From Mobula birostris (lineage: Eukaryota): DNA of 64,000 nt. The notes under the pieces are model-generated. The model saw only the letters and a list, made by a program, of their open reading frames with translations, was not told where the DNA came from and did no database searches. The first letter of the stretch is position 1, and every line of letters starts with the position of its first letter. The stretch is from contig NC_092379.1 of assembly GCF_030028105.1 (NCBI RefSeq), positions 21,739,309 through 21,803,308 on the forward strand, read 5' to 3'. This document shows, piece by piece, positions 12,681-25,139 of the stretch. Both the position numbers and the translations under genes were made by a program.

Positions 12681-13350
12681 TCTTTCTTTTTCAATCTTTT
12701 TATTGGTTTCATAATGATAAACATACCATAGTATTGATACAAAGTTATTGGGATTACATTGTTATAATTAGCATAGTTAAATATAAACCCAGTTGACACA
12801 TGGGTATTAAACCTCCCAATCATACAGGATACAAATATAATATTCAAAAGAAATATAGAAAGAAAATCATGGAAAAGGAAAAGAAATATGTAAAAATACA
12901 CCGCAAAAGAAAAACTTACCTAAACAGTGTTAATCAACTAAACTAAGAAAAAAAAGACATGGGCTGTTATGTAACATCAAAAAAAGGAACCATTAGTGTC
13001 GGCGACTCCGCTCCTCTCGACATATATTAAAAAGAAATGGAATAAATTTGGAAAAGGTCAAATTACAACATATGGAAATGTTGAATAAATGGCCTCCAAG
13101 TCTTTTCGAATTTAGTAGAGGGATCATAAATAACACTACTAATTTTTTCTAAGTTTAAACACAACATAGTTTGAGAGAACCAATGAAACGTGGTGGGAGA
13201 ATTAATCTCTTTCCAATTCAGCAAAATGGATCTTCTAGCCATCAATGTTAGAAATGCAATCATCCGACGAGCTGAAGAGGTTAAATGACTTGATTCTATG
13301 ATTGGTAACCCAAAAAATTGCAGTAATAGGGTGAGGTTGTAAATCAATAT
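12681..13350 (-). mobile_element. L1/Tx1-type LINE 3' fragment
   Basis: ARRSILLNWKE..PT..HWFSQTMLCLNLEKI; T-rich (poly-A) end near 12685-12705. Confidence 0.85.
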
Positions 13351-16300
13351 TCAGAACAGTTTATTGTGGGTTTTTTTTTCAAACACTTTCTGTATTTTTC
13401 CCCATTACGGAGTTCCGGAGCATGCGCGTTTTCTATTTGGTTCTATTCATCACCGCTATCTTTGATTAGCCCGCGGTGGTCTGCATGTATTGTGTTTAAG
13501 AATAATATCCAATAGTACTTAAACAGATAAACGTTATCAGTTGGAACGTATGTGGCTGGAATCACCCTATTAAGCGGAAGAGGACATTTAAACTTTTTAA
13601 TCGATTCCAGCCCGATATAATTTTTGCTCAAGAAACGCATATCAGAATGGGCGATCAAAATAGATTTTTTAAAACATGGAAGGGCCTTCAATACCATGCT
13701 ACCTGTCAAAATAAGACAAAGAGAGTATCTATTTTTTAAAATCTAATATTTTATTTATCCAAGAAGATATCGTCTCAGATATCAATGGTAGATTTTTAAT
13801 TATTAAAGGAACAATTTGTAATAGAAAAATTGTCCTGGTTAATCTATACGGACCTGATGTAGATGATCCTTTTTTTAAAAATGTATTTGGTTTATTACCA
13901 GACTTAAATGAATATATGCTGCTGATGGGCGGTAACTTCAACTGTTGTTTAAACCCTTTGATTGACAAGAGTTCAACCAATCAGCAGCTTCCGAGTCGTT
14001 CGGCAACACCTATTAATTCCTTTTTAATTGATTATGGTTTGATAGAAATCTGGAGAAATTTACATGCTAATAACAGAGATTTTTCTTTTTATTCGCATGT
14101 TCATAATAAATATTCGAGAATCGATTATTTTATAGCTGATTTCCGATTTTTGTCCAAAGTCCAGAAATGTGAATATGATGCTATTGCAGTCTCGGATCAT
14201 GTGCCTTTAAGCTTAACTTTTGAGTTAAATGATGTTAGTTATGTAAACTTGCCTTGCCACTTTCCAGAAAATTTATTATAAAGTTCGGACTTTGTTAAAT
14301 TTATAGAGATTCAGATAAAAGATTTCTTCCTTTTTAATAATACGGGAGATGTCTCAAAATTGATTATATGGGATACACTCAAAGCATATTTGCGAGGTCA
14401 GATAATATCTTATTTGGCTAAACTCAAGAAACAGACAAAAATAGAGTTAGATAGAATTTCCAAACTAATTAAGGATCTGGATAATTCTTATGCAGTTTCT
14501 CCTAATGTTGATTTAACATAGAACATAGAATAGTACAACACAGTACAGGCCCTTCGGCCCACAATGTTGTCCCGACCCTCAAACCCTGCCTCCCATATAA
14601 GCCCCCACCTTAAATTCCTCCATATACCTGTCTAGTAGTCTCTTAAACTTCACTGGTGAATCTGCCTCCACCACTGACTCAGGCAGTGCATTCCATGGAC
14701 CAACCACTCTGAGTAAAAAACCTTCCTCTAATATCCCCCTTGAACTTCCCACCCCTTACCTTAAAGCCATGTCCTCTTGTATTGAGCAGTGGTGCCCTGG
14801 GGAAGAGGCGCTGGCTATCCACTCTGTCCATTCCTCTTATTATCTTGTACACCTCTATCATGTCTCCTGTCATCCTCCTCCTCTCCAAAGAGTAAAGCGC
14901 TAGCTCCCTTAATCTCTGATCATAATGCATACTCTCTAAACCAGGCAGCATCCTGGTAAATCTCCTCTGTACCTTTTCCAATGCTTCCACATCCTTCCTA
15001 TAGTGAGGCGACCAGAACTGGACACAGTACTCCAAGTGTGGCCTAACCAGAGTTTTATAGAGCTGCATCATTACATCGCGACTCTTAAACTCTATCCCTC
15101 GACTTATGAAAGCTAACACCCCATAAGCTTTCTTAACTACCCTATCCACCTGTGAGGCAACCTTCAGGGATCTGTGGACACGTACCTCCAGATCCCTCTG
15201 CTCCTCCACACTTACCAAGTATCCTGCCATTTACTTTGTACTCTGCCTTGGAGTTTGTCCTTCCAAAGTGTACCACCTCACACTTCTCCAGGTTGAATTC
15301 CATCTGCCACTTCTCAGCCCACTTCTGCATCCTATCAATTTCTCTCTGCAATCTTTGACAATCCTCTACACGATCTACAACACCACCAACCTTTGTGTCA
15401 TCTGCAAACTTGCCAACCCACCCTTCTACCCCCTCATCCAGGTCGTTAATAAAAATCACAAAAAATAGAGGTCCCAGAACAGATCCTTGTGGGACACCAC
15501 TAGTCACAATCCTCCAATCTGAATGTACTCCCTCTACCACGACTCTCTGCCTTCTGCAGGCAAGTCAATTCTGAATCCACCTGGCCAAACTTGCCTGGAT
15601 CCCATGCCTTCTGACTTTCTGAAAAAGCCTACCATGTGGAACCTTGTCAAATGCCTTATTAATATCCATGTAGATCACATCCACTGCACTACCCTCATCT
15701 ATATGCCTGGTCACCTCCTCAAAGAACGCTATCAGGCTTGTTGGACACGATCTGCCCTTCACAAGGCCATGCTGACTGTCCCTGATCAGACCATGATTCT
15801 CTAAATGCCCAGAGATCCTATCTCTAAGAATCTTTTCCAACAGCTTTCCCACCACAGACGTAAGGCTCGCTGGTCTATAATGACCTGGACTATCCCTACT
15901 ACATTTTTTGAACAAGGGGACAACATTTGCCTTCCTCCAATCCTCCGGTACCATTCCCGTGAACAACGAGGACATAAACAAAGGGTTGAACTTCAATCAC
16001 AATGTAATTTACTATTAACTTATCCCATCGAAAGAAATTTGCTTAAATTAGAAAGTTAATTTTATATGTTTGGAGATAGAAGTAACAAGCTATTAGCATC
16101 TGAACTTAAAGCAGTTAGAGCTAAAAGACAAATTTTAAAAATTCGTAAGGGAGATGGTAGTTTAGCTTGTAATTATGAAGATATTAATAAAATTTTTAAG
16201 ACTATTACAGTGAGCTCTATAAATCTCAGTTTCAAGTTGACCCTTCTAATATGTATGCCTTTTTACAAAAGATTGATTTTCCTAGAATATCTGTTGAAGA

Positions 16301-18903
16301 TCAGCAAATTCTTGATGCTCCTTTTACTGAAAGAGAAATTCAGAAAGCTATTCTTTCAATGCAATCTGGTAAAGCTCCTGAATTGGATGGTTTTACTGCA
16401 GGATTTTATTTAAAAAATTGAACATTTGCTTACTCCTTATATGTTGGAAATGCTTAAAGATTCTTTTCTGTTAGGAGAGTTACCTTCCCCATTTTATGAA
16501 GCTTCTATTTCTTGAACTCTTAAGAAAGATGAAGACCCTACTGATTGTGCTTCATATAAAGCTATTTCATTATTAAATGTGGATGCCAAAATCCTTTCAA
16601 AAATACTGGCTAATCGGATGGAGAATATACTAGCTAAAATTATTTCTCAGGATCAAAGTAGTTCTATACAAGGCCGTTATTCTTTTTCTAACACTCGGAG
16701 ATTGTTAAATATTATACACTCATCCCTCTCTAAGACTCCCAATGTGTTGTTTCTCCAGACGCTGTAAAGGCATTGATAGAGTTGAATGGAAATATCTATT
16801 TCAAGTTTTAGAGAAATTTAGCTTTGGTAGTAATTTTAATAAATGAATTAGATTGATATATAAAAGCCCTATTGCCACTGTTATTACTAATAACTGTAAA
16901 TCCCCCTTTTTCCAACTTTCCCAGGGGACGAGACAAGGATTTCCGTTAAGTCCTCTGTTATTTAATTTGATGTTGGAACCTTTGGCTATTGCACTTCGTG
17001 AAGCTAAAAATATTGAAGGAATTTCTATAAATGGGACTGTTCATAAGATCTCCCTTTATGCGGATGATCTTTTGGTTTATGTTTCGAATCCCGAAGAATC
17101 TATTCCTAGCTTATTGAAATTATTATATGAATTTGGATTGTTTAGAGGATATAAATTAAACCTGCATAAAAGTGAATTATTTCCTTTAAATGATTCTGCT
17201 TCTATATATGATGACATTTCTCTAAAAGTTACGGATTCTTTTAAATATTTAGGTATTATCATCACTAAAAATAATGGAGACCTTTATAGGGCTCATTTAG
17301 TTCCCTCAGTGGATTTTATGAAGCAATTTTTTCTAGATGGAATCCACTTACACTTTCGTTATCAGGTCGAATTCATGCAGTTAAAATGATGACTTTACCA
17401 AAATTTTTGTATGTATTTCAAAATATTCCTTTTTTTTAACTAAGAAGTTTTTTGATCAGGTTGACTCTATTATTTCATCTTTTGTTTGGAATAATAAAAG
17501 ACCAAGAATTGGAAAATGTCATTTACAAAAATTAAAAAAGGATGGAGGTCTTACTTTGCCTAATTTAAGAAGGTATTATTGGGCGGTTAATATACGTTAT
17601 GCGTGTTCTTGGTTATATTGGACGGATAAAAAGGAACGACCATCTTGGGTTGATTTGGAATTGAAAATTGTGAAACAATTTTATTTAACTTTGTTATTAG
17701 GAGCTCCTTTACCTGTACAATTAGCCAAAATTTCTATTCTAAATATAAATCCAATGATTAATCAATCATTACGAATTTGGTACCAGTTTTGTAAGTTTTT
17801 TAATCTTAAAAAAATTAACCTTCTTAGTTTAATTTATTGAAACTATTTATTTAAACCTTCACTTAGTGATCCAACCTTTTCTTTTTGGAGGAATAAAGGA
17901 ACTTTTTCCTTTATGGACTTGTTTCAAAAAGGTCAATTGATGTCCTTTGAGAAATTAGTAACTAAATACTCTCTCTCATATTCACATTTTTTGCAATATC
18001 TTCAGGTCAGACATTTCTTACAAGAATATTTAAGTAATTTTCCATATATACAAGACTCTGACCTGTTAGACAGTATTTTAAAAATGAACCCTTTAGTGAA
18101 AGGTTTTATAGGGAAAATTTATAATTTACTATTACAACAGGATAATTATCCTTAAGATTAAGCAAGATTGGAAAAGAGCGCTTAATATGACCTTAATAAC
18201 AGAGGATTGGTTGCGAATTTTGAAGCTGGTTAACTCTTCTTCGATTTGTGCCAGTCATTCTCTAAATCAATTTAAAATTGTACATCGTTATTATTTGACA
18301 AAGGAGATAATAGATGTAAAACTGAGATAGCTACATTGACACATATGTTTTGGTCATGTTCCGTATTGAAACAATTTTGGAAATCTATTTTTTCTACAAT
18401 TTCTAAAGCTTTGAAAATCAATTTACAACCTAATAAATTGACAGTTTTGTTTGGTATAATTCCTCGACATATTCACAGTATTTCTATATCTGACCAATAC
18501 GTAATTGCACTTGTCAGATTATTGGCTAGAAGGGCTATTTTATTAAAATGGAAAGATGCCTCTGCTCCCACTTTGAGACAATGGTTCTCTCAGGTGATGT
18601 TATGTCCTAGTTTGGAAAAAATTAGAAGTCGAACTTTTGATCCTAGATTGGACTTCGAGAAAAGGTGGGGTATTTTGCCCATTACTATCATTTGACTTGA
18701 GTTAATAAAGATGGTCCTTTTCTGATGCTTGGGTATATGGATTTGGTTGGCGGTTTGATGTCTTTTTTTTATGGGAGCTTGTACGGCGTATAACTCCGGA
18801 TCTGTGCTCCAAATGGGTATTTTTTTTTAGTTATTAGGGGTTTTTCTCTGTTTTAGTTAGTAGGGGTTCTTTTTTTCTTTTTCTTTTTTCCATAAAAAAA
18901 GCT
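13351..18903 (+). mobile_element. L1/Tx1-type LINE with near-complete but degenerate ORF2 (EN+RT+C-terminus), interrupted by a CR1
   Basis: EN: ISWNVCG..PIKRKR..DIIFAQETH, GGNFN, YSRIDYF, VSDH; RT: GTRQGFPLSPLLF, SLYADDLL; C-terminus THMFWSC; A-run at ~18893-18900. Confidence 0.92.
14516..15975 (-). mobile_element. CR1 LINE, young 1.46 kb 3' fragment inserted in the L1
   Basis: ORFs 14679-15996 (TSGVPQGSVLGP, FADDTK, LEYCVQFWSPHY); (CATAGAA)n tail at left; L1 frame SPNVDL/KQRVEL is split around it. Confidence 0.93.
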
Positions 18904-19615
18904 TTAACACTTTGTTTTTGATTATTATTGATAAAAAAAGAGCAGTTGAAACAGTATCAAAATCTTTCCAATATTTTTTCAAAAAAGGACATGACCAAAA
19001 CATATGAATTAAAGAAGCTACCTCAAAGTAATATCTATCACATACAGCATTTTTATGAGAATAATAACGAGCTAATTTATCCTAAGACATATGAGTGCCA
19101 TGCACTACTTTAAACTGTATCAAAGCACATATAGAGGATGAGTTAACTAATGGAAGAATTTTTTCCCATTTTTTAATCTTAAGTTCCCTTTCCCAAACAG
19201 TCTTAACTTTATTAGATACATCTGGACATGTTTTCTTAATTATATTATAAATAATTGCTATTACACCTTTCTGAAACGGATTTAAATCTAAAATCTTTTC
19301 CAAAATATCCATTGAATATAAATTCCGGAAGTTAGGAGAAACAGAATTTATAAAGCTTCTAATCTGTAAATATCTAAAAAAAAATGGGATCTAGGCAATT
19401 TATATTTATTAGATAATTGTTCAAAGGACATGAAACAATTATCCAAAGGTAGATCACAAAATCATAGTATACCTTTAGTTTTCCAAGCCAGATATGCTTG
19501 ATCCACAATAGAGGGTTGAAAGAAGAAATTAGAGATAATCGGACTTGCTAAAATAAATTGATTCAAGCCAAAAAATATTTGAAATTGAAACCATATACGT
19601 CAAGTATGTTTTACT

Positions 19616-20108
19616 CTAGCAACACTTCTCAAAGTTGCTGGTGAATGCAGCAGGCCAGGCAGCATCTCTAGGAAGAGGTACAGTCGACGTTTCAGTCCGA
19701 GACCCATCGTCAGGACTAACTGAAGGAAGAGTTAGTAAGAGATTTGAGAGGGGGAGGGAGAGATCCAAAATGATAGGAGAAGACAGGAGGGGGAGGGGTG
19801 GAGCCAGGAGCTGGACAGGTGATTGACAAAGGGAATGTGAGAGGATCATGGGACAGGAGGTCCCGGGAGAAAGGCAAGTGAGGGGGTGGGAACCAGAGGA
19901 TGGGCAAGGGGTATAGTCAGAGGGACAGAGGGAGAAAAAGGAGAGTGAGAGAAAGAATGTGTGTATAAAAATAAATAACGGATGGGGTACGAGGGGGAGG
20001 TGGGGCATTAGCGGAAGTTAGAGAAGTCGATGTTCATGCTATCAGGGTGGAGGCTACCCAGACGGAATATAAGGTGTTGTTCCTCCAACTTGAGTGTAGC
20101 TTCATCTT
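19616..20108 (-). mobile_element. Penelope-like element 3' fragment with TSD
   Basis: Matches the end of the GIY-YIG ORF, 3'UTR and HHR of the PLE at 61227-62441; 9 bp TSD tgttttact at 19607-19615 and 20109-20117. Confidence 0.88.
19682..19717 (-). ncRNA. Minimal type I hammerhead ribozyme motif (stem II has a mismatch)
   Basis: agtc CTGACGA t gggtctcggact GAAAC GTC gact. Confidence 0.7.
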
Positions 20109-20789
20109 TGTTTTACTATTGGGTTATTCATTTGTTGATACAATTTAAAAAGAGTAAAGGGAAGCAAAGTCCCTAAAATAGAACCCAGTGAAAACCCTTG
20201 TAAAGAATTCCGTTCAAGATTTACCCAACGTGGACTTGAAGTTACGTCCAAGTCCGCTAACCAAAATTTTAAATATCGAATATTAATTGCCCAACAGTAA
20301 AATCTAAAATTTGGCAAAGCTAAACCCCGCTCCTTTTTAGATTTCTGTAAATGTCTTTTACCTAGCCTAGGATTTTTGTTCTGCCATATATATGAAGAAA
20401 TTTTGGAATCAACATTATCAAAAAAGGATTTCGGAATAAAAATTGGCACCGCTTGAAATAAATATAAAAATTTAGGCAAAATAATCATCTTTATAGCATT
20501 GATCCGACCGATCAATGACAGAGACATTGGTGACCATTTAGTAAACAAAAGCTTAATCTGATCAATTAAAGATAAAAAATTAGCCTTAAATAAATCCTTA
20601 TACTTTTTTCATAATTTTAACCCCTGAATATGTAAAAAAAAAAGTCGGTCACCAATTTAAATGGTAAACATCCATAAATAGGAACCTGCATATTTAGGGG
20701 AAATAATTCACTCTTATTAGGGTTCAATTTATAACCAGAAAAATTTCTAAACTGAGCCAACAAAGATAAAATAGCGGGAATGGATTTCC

Positions 20790-21740
20790 CAGGATTAGAA
20801 ATATATGGGAGTAGGCCATCTGGCCCTTCGAGCCTGCTCTGCCATTCAATAAGATCAAGGCTGATCTGGCCATGGACTCATCTCCACCTACCTGCCTTTT
20901 CCCCATGACCCTTAATTCCACAACTATGCAAAAATCTATCCAACCTTGTCTTAAATATATCTACTGAGGTAGCCTCCACTGCTTCATTAGGCATTGAATT
21001 CACAGAGATTCATCACTCTCTGGGATAAACAGTTCCTCCTCATTTCCATCCTAAATCTACTCCCCCAAATCTTGAGGCTGTGTCCCCTAGTTCAATCCCA
21101 TCACTGCGATTGTACCCTGCCTGTTCCTGAGTTTCACTCAAATAGACTCAGTTTCTCACCTCTCCATTATGTCTCCTCTGAGTGCAGCTGTGATATTGTC
21201 CCTGACTATTAATGCAACACACCCCCTCTTTATCTCCTCCTCTATCTTTTCTGAAACTTCAAAAACCTGGTACATTAATCACCCATTCCTGCCCCTTTCT
21301 CAACCAAATTTCAGTAATGGCTACAACATCATAGTTCCATGTACGGATCCGTACTCTCATTTCATCACCCTTAACTATAATACTCCTAGGTATACCCAGA
21401 ATTATTCTACACCTTCCCATCCTATGTCACCTCTTTCTAATGATTTCATTTAATTTTTTGCCAACACAGCCATATCACGCCTTCTGCCAACCTACCTGTC
21501 CTTTCGATACAATGTGTATCCCTGGATATCAAGCTCCCAACTATAATCTTCTTTCAGCCACAATTCAGTGATGCCCACACTGTCATACATGCCAATCTGT
21601 AGCTGTGCTACAAGTTAATCTATCTCATTCTGTATACTGTCTGAATTCAAAGATAACACTTTCAATCCAGTATTCATCACCTGTTTTTGATTTTTGTCCC
21701 CCTTCTGCATTGCAACTCATCCCATTGACTGCAGTTTTGC
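20790..21740 (-). mobile_element. CR1 LINE pieces (3' end, then ORF1-end/endonuclease); paralog at ~38724-39480
   Basis: CR1 3'UTR at 20790-21075; paralog translates YDSVGITELWLKE..LDIQGYTLYRKDR (39178..39369). Confidence 0.75.
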
Positions 21741-21869
21741 CCTATCATCAGCCTCTGCTTGCTAGCAGTCTCACAAACACTGCCTTTGCTTGTAAGCCAA
21801 CAACTCGACCCTCAGCCTTACCTCTCCATTTAACTCATTATTGATTAAAATTAGAAACTGCAGATAGAT

Positions 21870-22680
21870 CCTTTAAAATTTTTAGGAATTTGGTTTGATA
21901 AAAAACTCACATGGTCAATATTTATTAAAGAAATAATAACCAAAAGTAAGAAAGTAAGGTTAATCAGTGGGGCAATGAGGACAACACCAGTGGTGGCAAT
22001 GGAGGTGGAGTTGGGAGAGACACCTCTGGAACTGAGAAGATCACAGCTTGTGTTAACATATTAGGTAAACGTACAAGGGCCTGGAGAAAATCATCCAAGT
22101 AAACAGCTTTTAGATCGATGCTGGGAAAAGGAAAGAAGGAAATTCAGAAATTTTGCACGGACTATTGAAGGGAAAGCAAAAAGGACAGGAATTAGTAACA
22201 AGGCCCCAAGTGATACAGTGCCTTTTCCTGGGCTGTCTCCATGACTGTGTGAAGCACCAGAGGTGGATCCTAAATTATTCAGAAAGAGATGGAAAAGTAG
22301 AGAAGTCAACTTAAATCAAGATATAGTTGAATGTTATGTAAATAATATTAATTATGGATATTTACAAATTTACACAGATGTTTCAAAAATGGTAATACTG
22401 TGGTAGATTAGGGGTAGGATTGGTAGTGCCTGATTTTAACATGAAAAAGCAGGTGAGGATAAACGATGATTTCTCAGTGTATGCAGGTGAAATGACAGCT
22501 GGACTATTGGCTTTGCAGTGGGTGGAGAAAGTGAGACCATGCGAGTTGTAATATTGTCTGATTCAAGCACAACAATCCGGAGTCTAAAAGATTTACATTC
22601 AGTGGGAAAACCAGAGGTTGTATGTGGGATAATACAAACCTTATTTCAACTTAAAATCGTATCCAGAGAGAAGTGGGGTA
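21870..22680 (+). mobile_element. I/Nimb-clade non-LTR fragment with RNase H
   Basis: GIWFDKKLTW, SGAMRTTPVVAM.VELGETPLELRR, then RNase H acidic triad LQIYTDVSK / SVYAGEM / VILSDSS. Confidence 0.75.
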
Positions 22681-23169
22681 GTTTAGGAATGCACGAAAGA
22701 GTGGGAGGGAGGAGAGATAATATCGAGACTGAGGTTTGAGCACACAGGGTTAAAGTACATTGTTTTTCATAAAGAAACGTAACAATGGGAGGTGTGAATA
22801 TTGTAATCAACAAGACATAATCAAGAGGGGATGGACGATTTAAAAGTTATCTCAATACGATTTAACATTAACAGCATTTTGCAGAAAGGATCAGAGGATT
22901 CTTGCTTAAAATTATAGTTCTGTTACTTCAGAGCACAGATCTTTTTATATAAAATGATATATAAATATGGGGTCAAATATAAATATGTGGGTCATGACAC
23001 GTTGACCCACAGTCCAGTTCAGAAGGGGCGGTAGTGCACCTTAAAAAGGATGTTTGCGAGAGTGTCGGGATGTAAACATACACAGGCCATTCCCACCATA
23101 GGCTGTTTGCCGAAAGAAGAATTATGAGAAGGGAATAACCAAAGTAAATATCAGGAAGATTTGGTGAAC

Positions 23170-23370
23170 CAGACGTCCCACCTTCCGGTTTCTATCCTTG
23201 CCGCCATTGGTTAAAAGGACCGACGGTCTTCCCACCCATCTTTCACGGGATTAGAGAAACATGCAGACCGCCTGTCGCTATTGGTTGCATGGAGGTCCGC
23301 ATGTTCCCACCCATTGGTTTGCGCGCATGGCCGTCATACCACTTGCTCTACCATTGGTCAATTTTTTTTT
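23170..23370 (-). promoter_or_regulatory. CCAAT-box cluster with ETS-like motif, putative Pol II promoter (copy A)
   Basis: ATTGG at 23206, 23280, 23313, 23353, each a/gaCCAAT(g/a)g on minus; CCGGAAG at 23182-23188; non-repeat, visibly CpG-retaining DNA. Confidence 0.6.
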
Positions 23371-23784
23371 AAAAACGTGCGGAGTTGGATCGTATAAAAA
23401 AATTTCGGAAAGATCCATTTGGTTTACAAAATTAAAGTGGATGGATCATCAAAGCAGGAAAATTTTGGAGGTTATAAATTTTATGATTAACCACTGAAAA
23501 CTTTTGGAACAAAAGCGTAGCGGCTCTACGCCTGCGCTGAATTGTGATGTTTACCGGTCATTGCCGTATAAATTATTATTTCCGTACGGTATCTCTGAAG
23601 CCTCGGTGAACATTGGGAGCGAACTTCCCATTTGATGGTCACATGTTCTGATGTTTTGAAAAAAGAAAACGATGTTTCATGGCAGTTGCGATCGTCTTCC
23701 AAATACTGAAATGGAGACTTTAGATACCCAAACGCCCTTGCGCGTAGAACAAGCTCTATCTCGAGTGGAACTGGAGACGAAGTA

Positions 23785-24060
23785 GGGTTGAGACCTTTCA
23801 TGTGGACTGAAAGACAGAGGGGAGGTGACCGGGGTAAAGAGGCGAGGGAAGGGGTAGAGCAGGTGCTGTCAGGTGATAGGGGCCGCCAGGTGAGCGGGTG
23901 GACGGGCGGGTGGGGAATGGAATTGTGGCAAAAGGCTGAAGATAATGGAATCTGATGGGAGAGGAAGGTGGAGCATGAACTAAAGGGAGGGAGGTGCGGA
24001 GGGCAGAGGGGAGTAGACGGAAACCAGTGGGATGAGTGTGTGGGTTGTGTCACGGACTGG
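23785..24060 (-). mobile_element. Old, diverged PLE 3' fragment with decayed HHR; paralog ~43960-44230
   Basis: Purine-rich tract like the PLE 3'UTR; agtccacatgaaaggtctcaaccc on minus is a degenerate HHR. Confidence 0.5.
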
Positions 24061-24137
24061 TATGGAAACACCCTTGAATAGAAAAGCCTACAAAAATGCA
24101 TGGATACAGACTAGATCATCACAGGTAAAGCCCTTGT

Positions 24138-24326
24138 TGTTACTGTGAACGAAGTCACCAGAGAGACAGTGAAGCTGCTGGTGATAGAAGTCTTTATTCA
24201 GCAAAACAAGCAGCGGAGATCATACTCCAGACACTCTTGGAAGAAGAGGCCTGCCTGACCCAATATTACATGACATTTTTATACGCTAAATATGAAACGT
24301 AACAGCAGGACAATGCTGTAGTTACA
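24138..24326 (-). repeat. Solo LTR (189 bp); paralog 44320-44508
   Basis: Minus reads TGTAAC...GAATAAAGAC...GTAACA; flanks ttgt/atgt (imperfect 4 bp TSD). Confidence 0.7.
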
Positions 24327-24477
24327 ATGTTATTTAGAATACTCCCTTTGAATGACATATAATTTTCAAATATCTCCATCTTCACATCCACACTCCATGC
24401 ACATAAAACAAATGTTAATTCCCAGTGACTCTGGACCACATTCATGCACAAGCAGGTATCTGAGGTCGAATTTATCT

Positions 24478-25124
24478 GAGGGCAAGCAGTTATAGTGAGA
24501 GGGACAGAGGGAGAAAAAAGAGAGAGGAAAAAAATAAGTAATAAATAAACAAACAAACAAATAAGGGATGGGAGGTGGGGCATTAACGGAAGTTAGAGAA
24601 GTCAATGTTCATGCCATCAGGTTGGAAGCTACCCAGATGGAATATAAGGTGTTATTCCTCCAACCTGAGTGTGGCTTCATCTTGATAGTAAAGGAGGCCG
24701 TGGATAGACATATCAGAATGAGAATGGGATGTGGAATTAAAATGTGTGGCCACTGGGAGATCCTGCTTTCTCTGGTGGACAGCCTTGCCCATCCTCTGGG
24801 CTCCCCTCCCCCTTTCTTTCTCCCTCGGCCTCCCATCCCCGATCCTCTCCCTTCTCCAGCCTCGTATCCCTTTTGCCAATCAACGTTCCAGCTCTTAGCT
24901 CAATCCCTCCCCCTCCTGTCTTCTCCTATCATTTTGGATCTGCCCCTCCCCCTCCCACTTTCAAATCTCTCACTATCTCTTCTTTCAGTTAGCCCTGACA
25001 AAGGGTCTCAGCCCGAAACGTTGACTGTACCTCTTCCTATTGATGCTGCCTGGTCTGCTGCGTTCACCAGCATTTTTTGTGTGTGTTGCTTGAATTTCCA
25101 GCATCTGCAGATTTCCTCATGTTT
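24478..25124. mobile_element. PLE 3' fragment with 5' inversion; paralog 44653-45298
   Basis: 24478-24782 is minus-strand GIY-YIG end (DLPVATHFNS..EATLRLEE); 24783-25124 is the plus-strand remainder of the 3'UTR with HHR and tail. Confidence 0.85.
24991..25026 (+). ncRNA. Degenerate hammerhead motif (core mutated)
   Basis: agcc CTGACAA agggtctcagccc GAAAC GTT gact; CUGANGA core and GUC triplet altered. Confidence 0.5.
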
Positions 25125-25139
25125 GCAAAAACTTCTGTA

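Larger units (their letters stand above)
18904..20760 (-). mobile_element. L1/Tx1-type LINE ORF2 fragment, split by a PLE insertion
   Basis: SLIGRINAIKMIILPKFLYLFQ and GLALPNFRFY (20102..20548); continues left of the PLE as VKHT.RIWFQF and ALIQFKVVH. Confidence 0.85.

Noticed and set aside
9246-18903. Opposed L1 copies as an inverted segmental duplication
   Set aside because: Similarity is confined to L1 sequence, visibly lower than in the true duplications, and flanks differ; these are independent insertions.
23182-23207. ATG-initiated mini-exon MAARIETG with AG|GTGGGA donor on minus
   Set aside because: The ATG overlaps a CCAAT box, is ACG in copy B, and the donor is weak.
23526-24101. 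191 aa and 186 aa (43723..44283) minus ORFs open in both duplicates
   Set aside because: Mostly a decayed PLE 3'UTR pyrimidine tract; the C-terminal parts diverge in frame between copies.
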